NCBI GenBank assembly: GCA_031423615.1
Contig: JANPFV010000104.1
Span: 32,170 to 96,169, forward strand
Direction of reading: 5' to 3'
DNA: 64,000 nt
Origin: Candidatus Omnitrophota bacterium
Lineage (GTDB): Bacteria; Omnitrophota; Gorgyraeia; Zapsychrales; JANLHA01
A program made the position numbers and the translations under genes. Positions within the stretch are counted from its first letter, which is position 1; every line of letters starts with the position of its first letter. Shown one piece after another: positions 8,966 to 18,736 of the stretch. The notes under the pieces were generated by a model. The model was given only the letters and a program-made list of their open reading frames with translations. It made no database searches and was not told where the DNA came from.

Positions 8966-10845
8966 GAATTATTGATGAAGCGTAAATAATCTTCGATTTT
9001 TCCGTCACGCATACAGCATTCAATGATTTGCTGACCCAGCGGATCGAGGCCCGGATCCTTAAGATAGACAGACAATTCCTTTTTAAAAAAGTCCGTTAAG
9101 ATTTTCGCGCCGATATCGTATGTTTCTTCGCCAACTTCCGGTTGCACTTCCACCTGCAGAAAGTCCCGGTTCAGGAAAAACCCTTCAATCTGCAAGGATT
9201 GGGCGGTGTAGCCTAAAAGCGGGCAGCGGGCGGGTTCTAATTGGTTTGGCTTAAAGAAGGCGCTTCCTCGACGGGCGAGATACTCGCGCACAATCCATTG
9301 CGGCATAAAGCCCACTTTCCACGCCCCAATATATTGATTGGGCGTGAGAGAATATTTGGTGCGCGGAGTTTGGATGATCTGTTTTAAAAGTAAATTGGCT
9401 TGATCCACACGGCGGCCCGTTGCGAAAGGCCAATAGGAACCGACCCCTTCGCTGGACATGCCTTCCGTCGCGGTAATGCTGGGATTGTCATACCCGCGCG
9501 GTGAAACCAAACGCCACAACCACGCTAAGGAACGCGGCAAAATATGAAGCATGCCGATGATTCCGTAGGTGGGATTTTCCGTCGTGCAAGGAGGGGTGCG
9601 GATCCCGAAACTGCGGATGTTGACTTCCACTGGATTGCGGACAATGCCCGGCACGATATCCCGAGGAATAATCACCCGCGGATTAGGGCACGGAATTCCG
9701 GGGGCATCTTCCGTGGGTTCCCAGATCAAGCAGGTGGCTTTGGGAACGGAATAAAGATTTAAAAAGACGAGGGGCTCTTTGGGGGCCATGGTCATTTCTT
9801 CCATAAAGCGGTCGGTGCCGTATTTGGTGATGTGGTTGACGCGCACAAACCAGCCTTGCTCCGCATCTTGGACGATCAATTTTCCGTTTTCACCTTGGAT
9901 CGACGGCGGGCAAAGAGCCATGTCATCGGTCACCGGATTTAAACGGCAGCCTTGAAAAAGAGGAATATATCGGCTTTTGCCGGTGACAATGTTGGTCCCG
10001 GTCAGTAAGCGGCCGTCGGGTTCGCGGTGCGGATACTGCAGCATTTCGCTTTTCCCGCCGCCGCTGGCCCCTTCGTGCATGATGACCAATTCATTATCAT
10101 AAGGTGTGGTGACAACAACGGTTGAACCGTGGGCCGTAATCCAGCCTTCCTTTTCACCGAGATTTAAAAGAACGCCGTAAATCCCTTTTTTAGCGCTGGG
10201 GCCGGGATAGAGGTTGAGAGAAAAAATTTCATGGATATTGTCTCCGCGGTGATGGACGACAATTTGCTTGCCCTGACAATGCGTATGGCGGAATGTGGGG
10301 GCCAAGAAAATGACAGCCTTGGGCGCCCAAATTTCGGGAAGGTCTTTTTTATTGACCATGCCCTGCAGGCTGGCCAGCGACGCGGCAAAGAAGGCGGCGT
10401 TTTTCGGGCCAATCAAAAGCGAGGTGTATCCGAGCTCCTTGCTGCCGGAATAAAACGGTACGATAAGAAGGTCCTGATCTTTGAGCCATTCAATGACTTC
10501 CTTGCGAAACTGCGGGAAAGGCGTTTTGAACCTGTCGCTGAAATGCGCCTTGTCCGTGGCTTTTCCGTCGGCAATGACCATAGTGTCCGGATCGCGGCGG
10601 CGCATATAAGATTCAGGATAGTTGGCGGCGATCCCGTTTTTACAACGGTCAACTGTGGCTTCAATCACGCGGCCATGCCCAGGAATATCATAGGCGACTT
10701 CGAAGCTGTCCGTTTCAGGGCTTCCTAAAGACAGGGAGGCCAATTCATGAAAATCCTTGGCAATTGTTACACTTTTGGCATTTTCGAATAATTCGGCCAA
10801 TTCGTTGTTGGCGAGAAATTTTTTCCAGTCCGTGGCTGCGATCAT
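8962..10845 (-). CDS. Large uncharacterised protein with a single PEPCK/HprK-superfamily P-loop (GASGGGKSE)
   Basis: 627-aa ORF; P-loop HEGASGGGKSEML at about residue 258 matches the GxSGxGKSE signature of HPr kinase, and its location resembles the ATP-dependent PEP carboxykinase P-loop (preceded by GEKEG, cf. PckA GEKGD); ATGA overlap with the downstream beta-CA-like gene. Confidence 0.55.
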   Translation of the reverse strand: MIAATDWKKFLANNELAELFENAKSVTIAKDFHELASLSLGSPETDSFEVAYDIPGHGRVIEATVDRCKNGIAANYPESYMRRRDPDTMVIADGKATDKAHFSDRFKTPFPQFRKEVIEWLKDQDLLIVPFYSGSKELGYTSLLIGPKNAAFFAASLASLQGMVNKKDLPEIWAPKAVIFLAPTFRHTHCQGKQIVVHHRGDNIHEIFSLNLYPGPSAKKGIYGVLLNLGEKEGWITAHGSTVVVTTPYDNELVIMHEGASGGGKSEMLQYPHREPDGRLLTGTNIVTGKSRYIPLFQGCRLNPVTDDMALCPPSIQGENGKLIVQDAEQGWFVRVNHITKYGTDRFMEEMTMAPKEPLVFLNLYSVPKATCLIWEPTEDAPGIPCPNPRVIIPRDIVPGIVRNPVEVNIRSFGIRTPPCTTENPTYGIIGMLHILPRSLAWLWRLVSPRGYDNPSITATEGMSSEGVGSYWPFATGRRVDQANLLLKQIIQTPRTKYSLTPNQYIGAWKVGFMPQWIVREYLARRGSAFFKPNQLEPARCPLLGYTAQSLQIEGFFLNRDFLQVEVQPEVGEETYDIGAKILTDFFKKELSVYLKDPGLDPLGQQIIECCMRDGKIEDYLRFINNS

Positions 10846-10863
10846 GTGAACTCCTAAGTCTGC

Positions 10864-12015
10864 TTAAATCGTTGAGTTGAGAAACTGCAGGATGTTTTTT
10901 GCTGCCCGGTGACTCGCCCCGTTTTCACCCAGTGAAGATTTGACTTTTCCCAAATCTTCCCGGATGCGGTCGAACTCCGCCGGGTCATGATATATCTTTT
11001 TCAGTGCCTCCGCGATGTTTTTTCCGTTCGCGTCATCTTGTAAACATTCGGGAACAATTTTTTTTCCGGCCACCACATTGACGAGCCCGATGTAAGGGAT
11101 CCGGATTAAGGCTTTGGCCAACACAAAAGTCAGGTAAGACGTTTTATAAACCACGACCATGGGTTTCAGCAAGAGAGCGGTCTCGAGCGTGGCCGTTCCG
11201 GACGCCACCATGCAGACGTCGCAGGCATTCAATCCATTATAAAAATGACCAGCAAGGATTTTAAGCGGTAAAGTCCGTTTTGTCAAAAATTTTTCAAACA
11301 ATCCATTGTCAAGATGAGGCGCCTTGAGAATTAAAAATTGAAAGCGCGAATCTTCCTTATTGATGATCTGGGCCGCATCGAGCATCGGCGGCAGCAAGGA
11401 CTCGACTTCCTTTTGTCGCGAGCCGGGAAGAAGGCCGATGGTGAATTTATCGGCGGACAGTCCGAGGTTTAATAATGTCCGTTCACGCTTAACGGTAATA
11501 TGGACCTCATCGGCCAAAGGGTGCCCCACAAAATCGACATCGACCCCCCGGTCAGCATAAAATTTCTTTTCAAAATCGAAAAGAACCAGCATGCGGTCGA
11601 CATTTTTCTTGATGAGGCTGATGCGGTTTTCTTTCCAGGCCCACACTTGCGGGCTGATGTAGTAAATGACCGTGACGCCCATTTTTTTTAAACGGGCGGC
11701 CAGGCGAAGATTGAATCCCGGATAGTCCACAAGGATAACGGCGCGCGGTTTGCGGACATCGACATTTTTTAGAAATGCTTCGAAACAGCGACGGAACTCT
11801 CCGTAATGTTTGAGGACTTCAAAGAAACCCACGACAGCAAATTTTGTGAAATCTTCATCGGTGGCGACACCTGCCGCCTGCATTTTGGGTCCGCCCAGTC
11901 CGGAAAAGGTGACGGAAGAATCCAGGTCTTTGATCGCTTTGACGAGTGCGGCGGCGTGGCTGTCCCCGGAAATTTCTCCGGCGACGATCATAATGTGAGA
12001 AGAAATTTTTGTCAT
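10864..12015 (-). CDS. lpxB: Lipid-A-disaccharide synthase
   Basis: N-terminal IMIVAGEISGDSHAAALVKAIK ... GGPKMQAAG is a classic LpxB signature; full length. Confidence 0.9.
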   Translation of the reverse strand: MTKISSHIMIVAGEISGDSHAAALVKAIKDLDSSVTFSGLGGPKMQAAGVATDEDFTKFAVVGFFEVLKHYGEFRRCFEAFLKNVDVRKPRAVILVDYPGFNLRLAARLKKMGVTVIYYISPQVWAWKENRISLIKKNVDRMLVLFDFEKKFYADRGVDVDFVGHPLADEVHITVKRERTLLNLGLSADKFTIGLLPGSRQKEVESLLPPMLDAAQIINKEDSRFQFLILKAPHLDNGLFEKFLTKRTLPLKILAGHFYNGLNACDVCMVASGTATLETALLLKPMVVVYKTSYLTFVLAKALIRIPYIGLVNVVAGKKIVPECLQDDANGKNIAEALKKIYHDPAEFDRIREDLGKVKSSLGENGASHRAAKNILQFLNSTI

Positions 12016-12019
12016 GATC

Positions 12020-12991
12020 TTAGGTTTTGACGAGGGCGGCCATTTTAATCCGCTGGGCGATCTGGGATTGGGCGGCGCTGATGCTGTCGCAGATTTTCAG
12101 AGCCAGTTTGAGCGCATCACGGCCCTCGACACCGGACACGACCGGTGTTCTATTCTCTCGGACACATTCAATGAAGGATTTGAGTTCTTCTTTCAAGGGT
12201 TCTTCTTTTTGGATAGGAAGAGCATGTTTGGAGATCAAGTCGCCATGTTTGCGGTAAATAAACGCTTCTTGTTTGACGTAGTCCAGCGAAATGTAGGAAT
12301 CGATGGTAAAAATACGGATTTTGCGCATCACCTCGTCGGACACGCGGCTGGCGGTCAAATTGCAGACGCAGCCATTGTCAAAAACCACGCGGACGCTGGC
12401 GATATCTTCCATCGGTGTGAGAACATTGATCCCTACGGCGTGAAAATCTTTGACAGGACTGTCGTCATTGATGCCAAGAATGATGTCTAAGTCATGAATC
12501 ATCAAGTCCATGACGACCCCGATGTCTAAAGAACGGTTGGGAAATTTATTGAGACGATGGCATTCAATAAAAAGAGGATGCTTGGTAAAATGTTTGATGG
12601 CCATAAATGCGGAATTGAAACGTTCCACATGCCCGACTTGCAATTTGAGATTGTTTTTTTCGGCGAGGGCAATGAGTTCATCGGCCTGGCCGACGTCCAT
12701 GGTTATGGGTTTTTCGATAAAAGTATGGATATTATTTTGGAGAAAGAATTTTCCGATTTCATAATGCAAAGTCGTGGGAACGCAAATATTGACCGCGTCG
12801 ATTTTCCCCACCAGATCGCGGTAATTTTCAAAAAAAGGGACGCGATAATGCCGGGCCAGGCGTTCGGTGCGATCTTCCTTAATATCGCAAACCCCAACCA
12901 CATTCACAATATTCTTAAGTTCACAATAGACTTTCAGATGACGGGACCCCAAATGACCGATACCGATAATGGCAACATTGACCTTTTTCAT
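12020..12991 (-). CDS. Gfo/Idh/MocA-family NAD(P)-dependent oxidoreductase (possible GnnA-type UDP-GlcNAc 3-dehydrogenase)
   Basis: Rossmann motif VAIIGIGHLGSRH at the N-terminus; sits 4 nt upstream of lpxB, a synteny typical of gnnA. ATG (MKKVNV) at 12989-12991 preferred over the TTG at 13048. Confidence 0.7.
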   Translation of the reverse strand: MKKVNVAIIGIGHLGSRHLKVYCELKNIVNVVGVCDIKEDRTERLARHYRVPFFENYRDLVGKIDAVNICVPTTLHYEIGKFFLQNNIHTFIEKPITMDVGQADELIALAEKNNLKLQVGHVERFNSAFMAIKHFTKHPLFIECHRLNKFPNRSLDIGVVMDLMIHDLDIILGINDDSPVKDFHAVGINVLTPMEDIASVRVVFDNGCVCNLTASRVSDEVMRKIRIFTIDSYISLDYVKQEAFIYRKHGDLISKHALPIQKEEPLKEELKSFIECVRENRTPVVSGVEGRDALKLALKICDSISAAQSQIAQRIKMAALVKT

Positions 12992-13082
12992 AGGCTTAAC
13001 ATTAACAAATCCCTCGACAAAAGTCAACCTGCATGCTAACATCACCAATTATTTCCTAACATATTCTAAGGTTATGACTTAA

Positions 13083-14879
13083 GTGAAGAATTATTTCAAG
13101 CTGTTGGGTTTTTTAAAAGACCACCGCCGTCTTTTTATTATTGCTATTGTGATGCTGGTGATTTCCAGCCTTTTTGAAGGTATCCAATATTCGCTTTTGA
13201 TCCCTTTGACTGACCGTATTTTTAATAAAAAGCAAATCGTTTTCCCTAATCAGAACCATCTTCCTCAGGTTATCCAACAGGTCATTGACAAACTCAATGC
13301 TATGGATCCGTCGGCATTGCTGCATATTTTGCCTTGGGCCATTGTGATTCTGGTGGTCATCAAACATGTTTTTGTTTATTTTAGTTCTTATTTGATGAAT
13401 GATTTGTCCCAACGGGTCATTCGCGACATCCGCAGTAAGTTGTATGCCAAAATCCAGAGTTTTTCATTGGATTATTTCAGCGAAAGACGAACAGGTGAAT
13501 TGTTGTCCCGCATTACCAATGATGTGTCGATTGTTGAAAACGCCGTCTCCTACGGCATCACCGATCTTTTTCGTCAGAGTTTTCTTATTTTGATGTATGT
13601 TTCTGTCGCCTTTACCATCCATTTTAAGGCCGCATGCGTGATATTTTTTATTCTGCCCTTGATTGGCCTGCCATTAAGCCGGATCGGTTCCCGTTTGCGG
13701 AAATTGTCCAAACGGACCCAGGAAAATATGGCCGATGTCAATTCGATCCTGCTGGAAACGATTTCCGGCGTGCGCGTGGTCAAGGCCTTTGGCACTGAGC
13801 AATTTGAAATCAACCGGTTCCGGATAAAAAATCAAGAGGCGTACAAACTCCGGCTAAAAGCCGTGAAACGGATTTTACTCATGAATCCTATTACTGAACT
13901 TTTTGGCCTTTTGTGCGGGATTGGGGTTATTCTCTGGATGGGTCAACAGGTGATGCATGACAAGTTGTCTTTCGGTGTTTTTGGTTATTTTCTTAGTTCA
14001 ATTTTATTGATTATCAGTCCTTTGAAAAAATTGGGAAATGTCCACGCGGCGACCCAGCAGGCTCTAGCCGCCAACGAACGTATTTATGATGTTCTGGATG
14101 AAATGCCCAGTGTCCAGGAAAAGGCGGATGCCTTGCTTTTGCCTTTAATCCAGAACAATATCAAATTGGACCACGTCGATTTTCGATATGAAAAAGAAGG
14201 CCAGGAAGTCCTTAAGAATATCAGTCTCGAAATCAAGGTCGGAGAATTGGTCGCCATTGTCGGCCCCACCGGAACAGGGAAAACGACCTTGGCGAATCTC
14301 ATTCCGCGTTTTTATGATGTCACGGCCGGAGTAGTCACCGTGGATGGAAAAGATGTGCGGGACGTCACCTTTCATTCTCTTCGACGGCAAATTGGGATTG
14401 TTTCTCAGGAAACATTTCTCTTCAATGATACGGTCGGCGCCAACATTTCTTATGGGACGCCGCAGGCGACGCAAAATGATATTGAAACGGCGGCCCAGCG
14501 GGCTTATGCGCATCAATTTATTGTGAGAATGCCGGAAGGGTATGAAACCATTATCGGCGATCGTGGCTTTCGTTTGTCAGGCGGGGAAAAGCAGCGCATT
14601 GCCATTGCCCGCGCGATTCTTCGCAATCCGCCGATTCTGATCCTTGATGAAGCGACATCCCAGCTGGATTCCGAATCGGAAAAATATGTTCAGGACGCCT
14701 TGGACAAATTGATGATTGGCCGCACGGTTATTGCCATAGCGCACCGGTTATCGACCATCAAAAAAGCTAACAAAATCGTCGTGCTGGACAAGGGCGGGAT
14801 CGTTGGTTTGGGCCGCCATGAGGAATTGTTGCAGGTCGGGGGCCTTTACAAGCGTCTTTACGAAACGCAGTTTCAATAA
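13083..14879 (+). CDS. msbA: Lipid A export ABC transporter (permease + ATPase)
   Basis: Six TM helices then Walker A GPTGTGKTT, ABC signature LSGGEKQRIAIARA and Walker B ILILDEATS; divergent from the lpxB operon; GTG start. Confidence 0.85.
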   Translation: MKNYFKLLGFLKDHRRLFIIAIVMLVISSLFEGIQYSLLIPLTDRIFNKKQIVFPNQNHLPQVIQQVIDKLNAMDPSALLHILPWAIVILVVIKHVFVYFSSYLMNDLSQRVIRDIRSKLYAKIQSFSLDYFSERRTGELLSRITNDVSIVENAVSYGITDLFRQSFLILMYVSVAFTIHFKAACVIFFILPLIGLPLSRIGSRLRKLSKRTQENMADVNSILLETISGVRVVKAFGTEQFEINRFRIKNQEAYKLRLKAVKRILLMNPITELFGLLCGIGVILWMGQQVMHDKLSFGVFGYFLSSILLIISPLKKLGNVHAATQQALAANERIYDVLDEMPSVQEKADALLLPLIQNNIKLDHVDFRYEKEGQEVLKNISLEIKVGELVAIVGPTGTGKTTLANLIPRFYDVTAGVVTVDGKDVRDVTFHSLRRQIGIVSQETFLFNDTVGANISYGTPQATQNDIETAAQRAYAHQFIVRMPEGYETIIGDRGFRLSGGEKQRIAIARAILRNPPILILDEATSQLDSESEKYVQDALDKLMIGRTVIAIAHRLSTIKKANKIVVLDKGGIVGLGRHEELLQVGGLYKRLYETQFQ

Positions 14880-14957
14880 AGTGATTTTTTTCTGGCAAAT
14901 CGCAATCTATCCGGTAATATTAATTAAAGCCCAAAATCGATCAGAGAGGTTTTTCAA

Positions 14958-15707
14958 ATGAAAAAGGTATATGTCTTTTTATTCGTTTTGTTGAGTTTTT
15001 CTCTCTCGGCTATTGCTGTGCGGGCCCAAGAAATTACGGCCGATGAAATTATTAAAAAAGTTGATGAGGTCAGAAATCCGGAACTGGACTATGAGTCCGA
15101 TGTCAAGGTTGTTTCCTACAAACCCAATCGGCCGGATCATGCCAGCCGGTATGAAGTTTTCATTAAGGGTAAGGACAAAACCATTGTCAAGACCATTGAG
15201 CCGGAGAATGAACGCGGACAATCGCTTTTAATGCGAGAAAACGATTTTTGGGCTTTTTTCCCCGAAGTCTCCAAACCGATCCGTATTTCTTTGCAGCAAC
15301 GTTTAAATGGTGATGTGGCTAACGGCGACATCGCTCGTACCAATTTCGTCGGAGATTATTCGGCAAAAATTTTGCGCAAAGATAACATATCGGGAAAAGA
15401 TTTTTATGTTTTGGAATTGCTTTCTTTGCGGGACTCGACGACCTATGGCAAGATTATTCTTTGGGTCATGGCCGAAAATTTCTGGCCCGTCAAGGCGGAA
15501 TTTTACGCCATCAGTGGACGTTTTTTGAAAACATGTTCGTATGAAAATTATAAAACCATGGCCGGCAAACTTCGTCCGTCGCGTTTGGTGCTCAAAGACG
15601 CGGTCATGAAAGGCCAGTACTCGACGATTGAATACAATGATATGAAGTTAGTCGATCTTCCGGAAAAGAATTTTACCAAAGAGTACATGAATAAATTGTC
15701 GCAATGA
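14958..15707 (+). CDS. LolA-like outer-membrane lipoprotein-sorting-family protein
   Basis: Signal peptide, about 250 aa, sequence features typical of LolA-like / outer membrane lipoprotein-sorting proteins. Confidence 0.5.
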   Translation: MKKVYVFLFVLLSFSLSAIAVRAQEITADEIIKKVDEVRNPELDYESDVKVVSYKPNRPDHASRYEVFIKGKDKTIVKTIEPENERGQSLLMRENDFWAFFPEVSKPIRISLQQRLNGDVANGDIARTNFVGDYSAKILRKDNISGKDFYVLELLSLRDSTTYGKIILWVMAENFWPVKAEFYAISGRFLKTCSYENYKTMAGKLRPSRLVLKDAVMKGQYSTIEYNDMKLVDLPEKNFTKEYMNKLSQ

Positions 15708-15735
15708 TTTTAAGATTTTTTTCTCTGGGGAAAGA

Positions 15736-17211
15736 ATGAACCTGCGTAAAAAAGTTTTTTGTTTGGTCGTTATTTTGATGTTCCTGCCCCGTTTTGTCGC
15801 CGCCGAGGAACAGTCCGGCGGTGGCGATGATTTTGTCATCCCGGTCATCGTTGATAAAAAAGTCCCCAAGACCTATATAGAGAAAATGCTCATCCGCCTA
15901 GATGAGTTTGAAAAGAACTTGCGTTTGCAGGAAAAGTATCTGATCGTTGAAGACAGTTTATCTGACGTTCATAAAAAATATGATGATTTTCAAAAATGGG
16001 CGCATATGGAAATCCATGGCCGTCTGCAAAATCATACGGCCCTGCAGGTTTATCAACCCGGTCGGGCGACGAAATTGGAAACGCAATTGTATCTGTCCGC
16101 TGCAGGAGAAGTCACCCCGGCGTTAAAATATTTTGTTTCCGGCCGTTATAAATATGATCCTGTGTTTGATATGTCAAGCCATTACAGCGACAGTGTCAAA
16201 TCCGATGAAAAGTCCGAGCTGGAACTGCGAGACACCTATGTTGATTATTCTTGGGGCGATGTGGATTTGCGATTGGGAAAACAGCAGGTGGTGTGGGGGG
16301 AAGCGGTCGGCCTTTTTTATGCCGACGTCGTTAACGCCAAAGATTTGCGGGAATATATTTTACCGGATTTTGAATTCATTCGTATTCCCGAGTGGGGGGT
16401 GAGCGGAGAATATTCAAAGAATAATTTTCATTCGCAATTGATTTTATTGCCGGGAGTGGAATTCGATAAAACCGGTTTAGCAACATCCAACTTTGTTTTT
16501 CCATTGCCGCTGCCCAATAACGTCACGCCTTTCACAATCCCCGACCCCCAGGAACCAAAATTCGGGTTAGACAACAGTAAAGCCGGCGGACGGTTGTCTT
16601 ATCTTTTTAATGGTTTAGACCTGGGGGCCTTTTTTCTGCACAGCTGGACGTCGTTGCCTGTTATGTATCGCACGATTAACGCCGGCGTTTATGATTTTCA
16701 TCCGGATTATAAAAGGCAAAATATTTTCGGCGGAACTTTTACCAAGGAGATCAATGATTACGTTTGCAAAGGTGAGGCTGTTTATTATCCCGAGGCTTAC
16801 TTCTCGGTCATTGACCCCAGCGATACCGACGGTGTTAAGCGAAGCGGCTATCTGGATTATTTGCTCGGTGTAGATCATGTTTTTTTTGATCGCTGGGATG
16901 TCAACGTTCAGTTGACTCAACGTTGGATTATGGATTTTGACAAGACATTCTGGCAGCAAGAAAAGTTTAGTAACGGTTTTTCCGTGCGCTTGAGTCATGA
17001 CTGGATTAGCAAGAAGCTGACGACGGAAATTTTAGCTATTGTCAATTTTAATGGACCCGATTATTTGTATCGTCCCAAAATCAGTTATAGCGTGACAAAC
17101 AGTTTGAAGGTCGGGTTGGGCGCTGATATTTTTGCGGGTGACCGTTTAGGTCAATTCGGTTATTTCCGCAATCAAAGCCGCTGGTATACTGAAGTAGCCT
17201 ACAAGTTCTAG
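15736..17211 (+). CDS. Outer-membrane beta-barrel protein, unknown function
   Basis: Signal peptide, alternating amphipathic strands, C-terminal ...VAYKF (terminal Phe, the OMP sorting signal). Confidence 0.55.
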   Translation: MNLRKKVFCLVVILMFLPRFVAAEEQSGGGDDFVIPVIVDKKVPKTYIEKMLIRLDEFEKNLRLQEKYLIVEDSLSDVHKKYDDFQKWAHMEIHGRLQNHTALQVYQPGRATKLETQLYLSAAGEVTPALKYFVSGRYKYDPVFDMSSHYSDSVKSDEKSELELRDTYVDYSWGDVDLRLGKQQVVWGEAVGLFYADVVNAKDLREYILPDFEFIRIPEWGVSGEYSKNNFHSQLILLPGVEFDKTGLATSNFVFPLPLPNNVTPFTIPDPQEPKFGLDNSKAGGRLSYLFNGLDLGAFFLHSWTSLPVMYRTINAGVYDFHPDYKRQNIFGGTFTKEINDYVCKGEAVYYPEAYFSVIDPSDTDGVKRSGYLDYLLGVDHVFFDRWDVNVQLTQRWIMDFDKTFWQQEKFSNGFSVRLSHDWISKKLTTEILAIVNFNGPDYLYRPKISYSVTNSLKVGLGADIFAGDRLGQFGYFRNQSRWYTEVAYKF

Positions 17212-17231
17212 GGCCACCCTAAAGAAACAGT

Positions 17232-17259
17232 TTGCCAAAAAGATTTTTTTTGTTATACT
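17232..17259 (+). promoter_or_regulatory. Putative sigma70 promoter for rpsB (TTGCCA-16nt-TATACT), followed by a long 5' leader
   Basis: Hexamers read directly; about 135 nt of leader before the rpsB ATG, consistent with the known S2 autoregulatory leader. Confidence 0.4.
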
Positions 17260-17394
17260 ACATCCCTGTAAATTAATCCGTGCTTTAAACTCCACAAAAA
17301 ATGAGAGGGTTTTAAGCGCATCAACCTAAAGCATTTGCGCTCATTTGGCACTTTTTTGTGCGCGTTCGCAAATGAAAGGAAAAGAGGAGCAGTC

Positions 17395-18189
17395 ATGCAA
17401 GATGAAGTCTTAAAGAAGTTGTTGGAATGTGGCACGCATTTCGGTCATCAAACCCGTCGTTGGAACCCCAAGATGAAGCGATTTATATTTGGCGACCGTG
17501 ACGGAATCTACATCATCGACCTTGAAAAAACTGTCCATCACTTGAACGAAGCCAGAGATTTTGCCCGCGATGTCGCCATGAAAGGCGGTTCAATCCTTTT
17601 TGTCGGGACAAAGAAACAAGCGCAGGATGTCGTAAAGTCGGAAGCGGAACGGGCCGGAATGCCGTATATCAATAACCGCTGGATGGGTGGTCTTTTGACC
17701 AATTTTCAGACTGTCCGTAAATCTATCCAAAAAATGATCAAGATTGAAAAAATGATCGAGGACGGCTCCATCAATAACCTGACCAAAAAAGAAGTCGCTC
17801 TGATGACCAAGGAAAAGGACAGACTTGTCCGTGACCTCGGCGGGATTCGCAATGTTATGGATCAGCCGAAAGCCATTTTTGTCGTTGATTCCAAGCGGGA
17901 AGAAATTGGAATCAAAGAAGCCAATCGTCTGGGCATCCCGATCATCGGTTTGATTGACACCAATTGCGATCCGGACGTGATTGATTATCCCATTCCCGGA
18001 AACGATGACGCTTTGAAATCGATCCGTTATATCATGACGGTCATCACCGACGCGATTATCGAGGGCCGTCAGGAATTTGCGCAGACCGAAAATGTCCGCC
18101 GCAAGAAGGACAGTCCTGCTGAAACGGAAATGGCTGCGGCCAAGACGGACGAAGTCCCCAGCGAAATTCCAACGACCGGCAAACAATAA
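17395..18189 (+). CDS. rpsB: 30S ribosomal protein S2
   Basis: MQDEVLKKLLECGTHFGHQTRRWNPKM... is S2; AAAGAGGAG RBS; the ORF-track start at 17335 is an upstream extension. Confidence 0.95.
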   Translation: MQDEVLKKLLECGTHFGHQTRRWNPKMKRFIFGDRDGIYIIDLEKTVHHLNEARDFARDVAMKGGSILFVGTKKQAQDVVKSEAERAGMPYINNRWMGGLLTNFQTVRKSIQKMIKIEKMIEDGSINNLTKKEVALMTKEKDRLVRDLGGIRNVMDQPKAIFVVDSKREEIGIKEANRLGIPIIGLIDTNCDPDVIDYPIPGNDDALKSIRYIMTVITDAIIEGRQEFAQTENVRRKKDSPAETEMAAAKTDEVPSEIPTTGKQ

Positions 18190-18205
18190 ATAAAGGGAAG
18201 GCAAG

Positions 18206-18736
18206 ATGAATATGACAGCTTCATTTGATGCAATTAAAGCCCTGCGGGATTTGACCTCCTGTGGTGTGATGGAATGCAAAAATGCTCTCGAAAAAGCGGG
18301 CGGGAATTTAGAGAAAGCCAAAGAGATTTTACAACAGCGCGGAATGGAAATGGCGGCCAAGAAAGGCGATCGTGTCGCCAAAGAGGGCCGTATTGAATCC
18401 TACGTGCACATGGGCAACAAAATTGCCGTTCTTGTCGAAGTCAATTGCGAAACCGATTTCGTCGGACGTAACGAAGATTTTATCAAATTCACCAAGGACG
18501 TGGCCATGCACATTGCCGCGATGAACCCCAAATATATCGGCGAGAAAGATGTCCCGACGGATGATTTGAATGCGGCTCAAGACAAAAAAAGTTTTTTGGC
18601 CGAGACGTGTTTGCTCAATCAACCTTTTGTCCGCGAGCCGAGCAAGACCATAGGGGAATATTTGAATTCCATCATCGCGAAGATCGGAGAAAATATTGTG
18701 ATTGGCCGATTTATCCGCTATAAGGCAGGGGAATGA
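18206..18736 (+). CDS. tsf: Elongation factor Ts (short form)
   Basis: UBA-like N-terminus ([26 protein letters not shown]) and EF-Ts core; 176 aa. Confidence 0.9.
   Translation: MNMTASFDAIKALRDLTSCGVMECKNALEKAGGNLEKAKEILQQRGMEMAAKKGDRVAKEGRIESYVHMGNKIAVLVEVNCETDFVGRNEDFIKFTKDVAMHIAAMNPKYIGEKDVPTDDLNAAQDKKSFLAETCLLNQPFVREPSKTIGEYLNSIIAKIGENIVIGRFIRYKAGE

Noticed and set aside
17590-18381. 263-aa minus-strand ORF
   Set aside because: Antisense to rpsB/tsf; a shadow ORF of highly conserved ribosomal genes.
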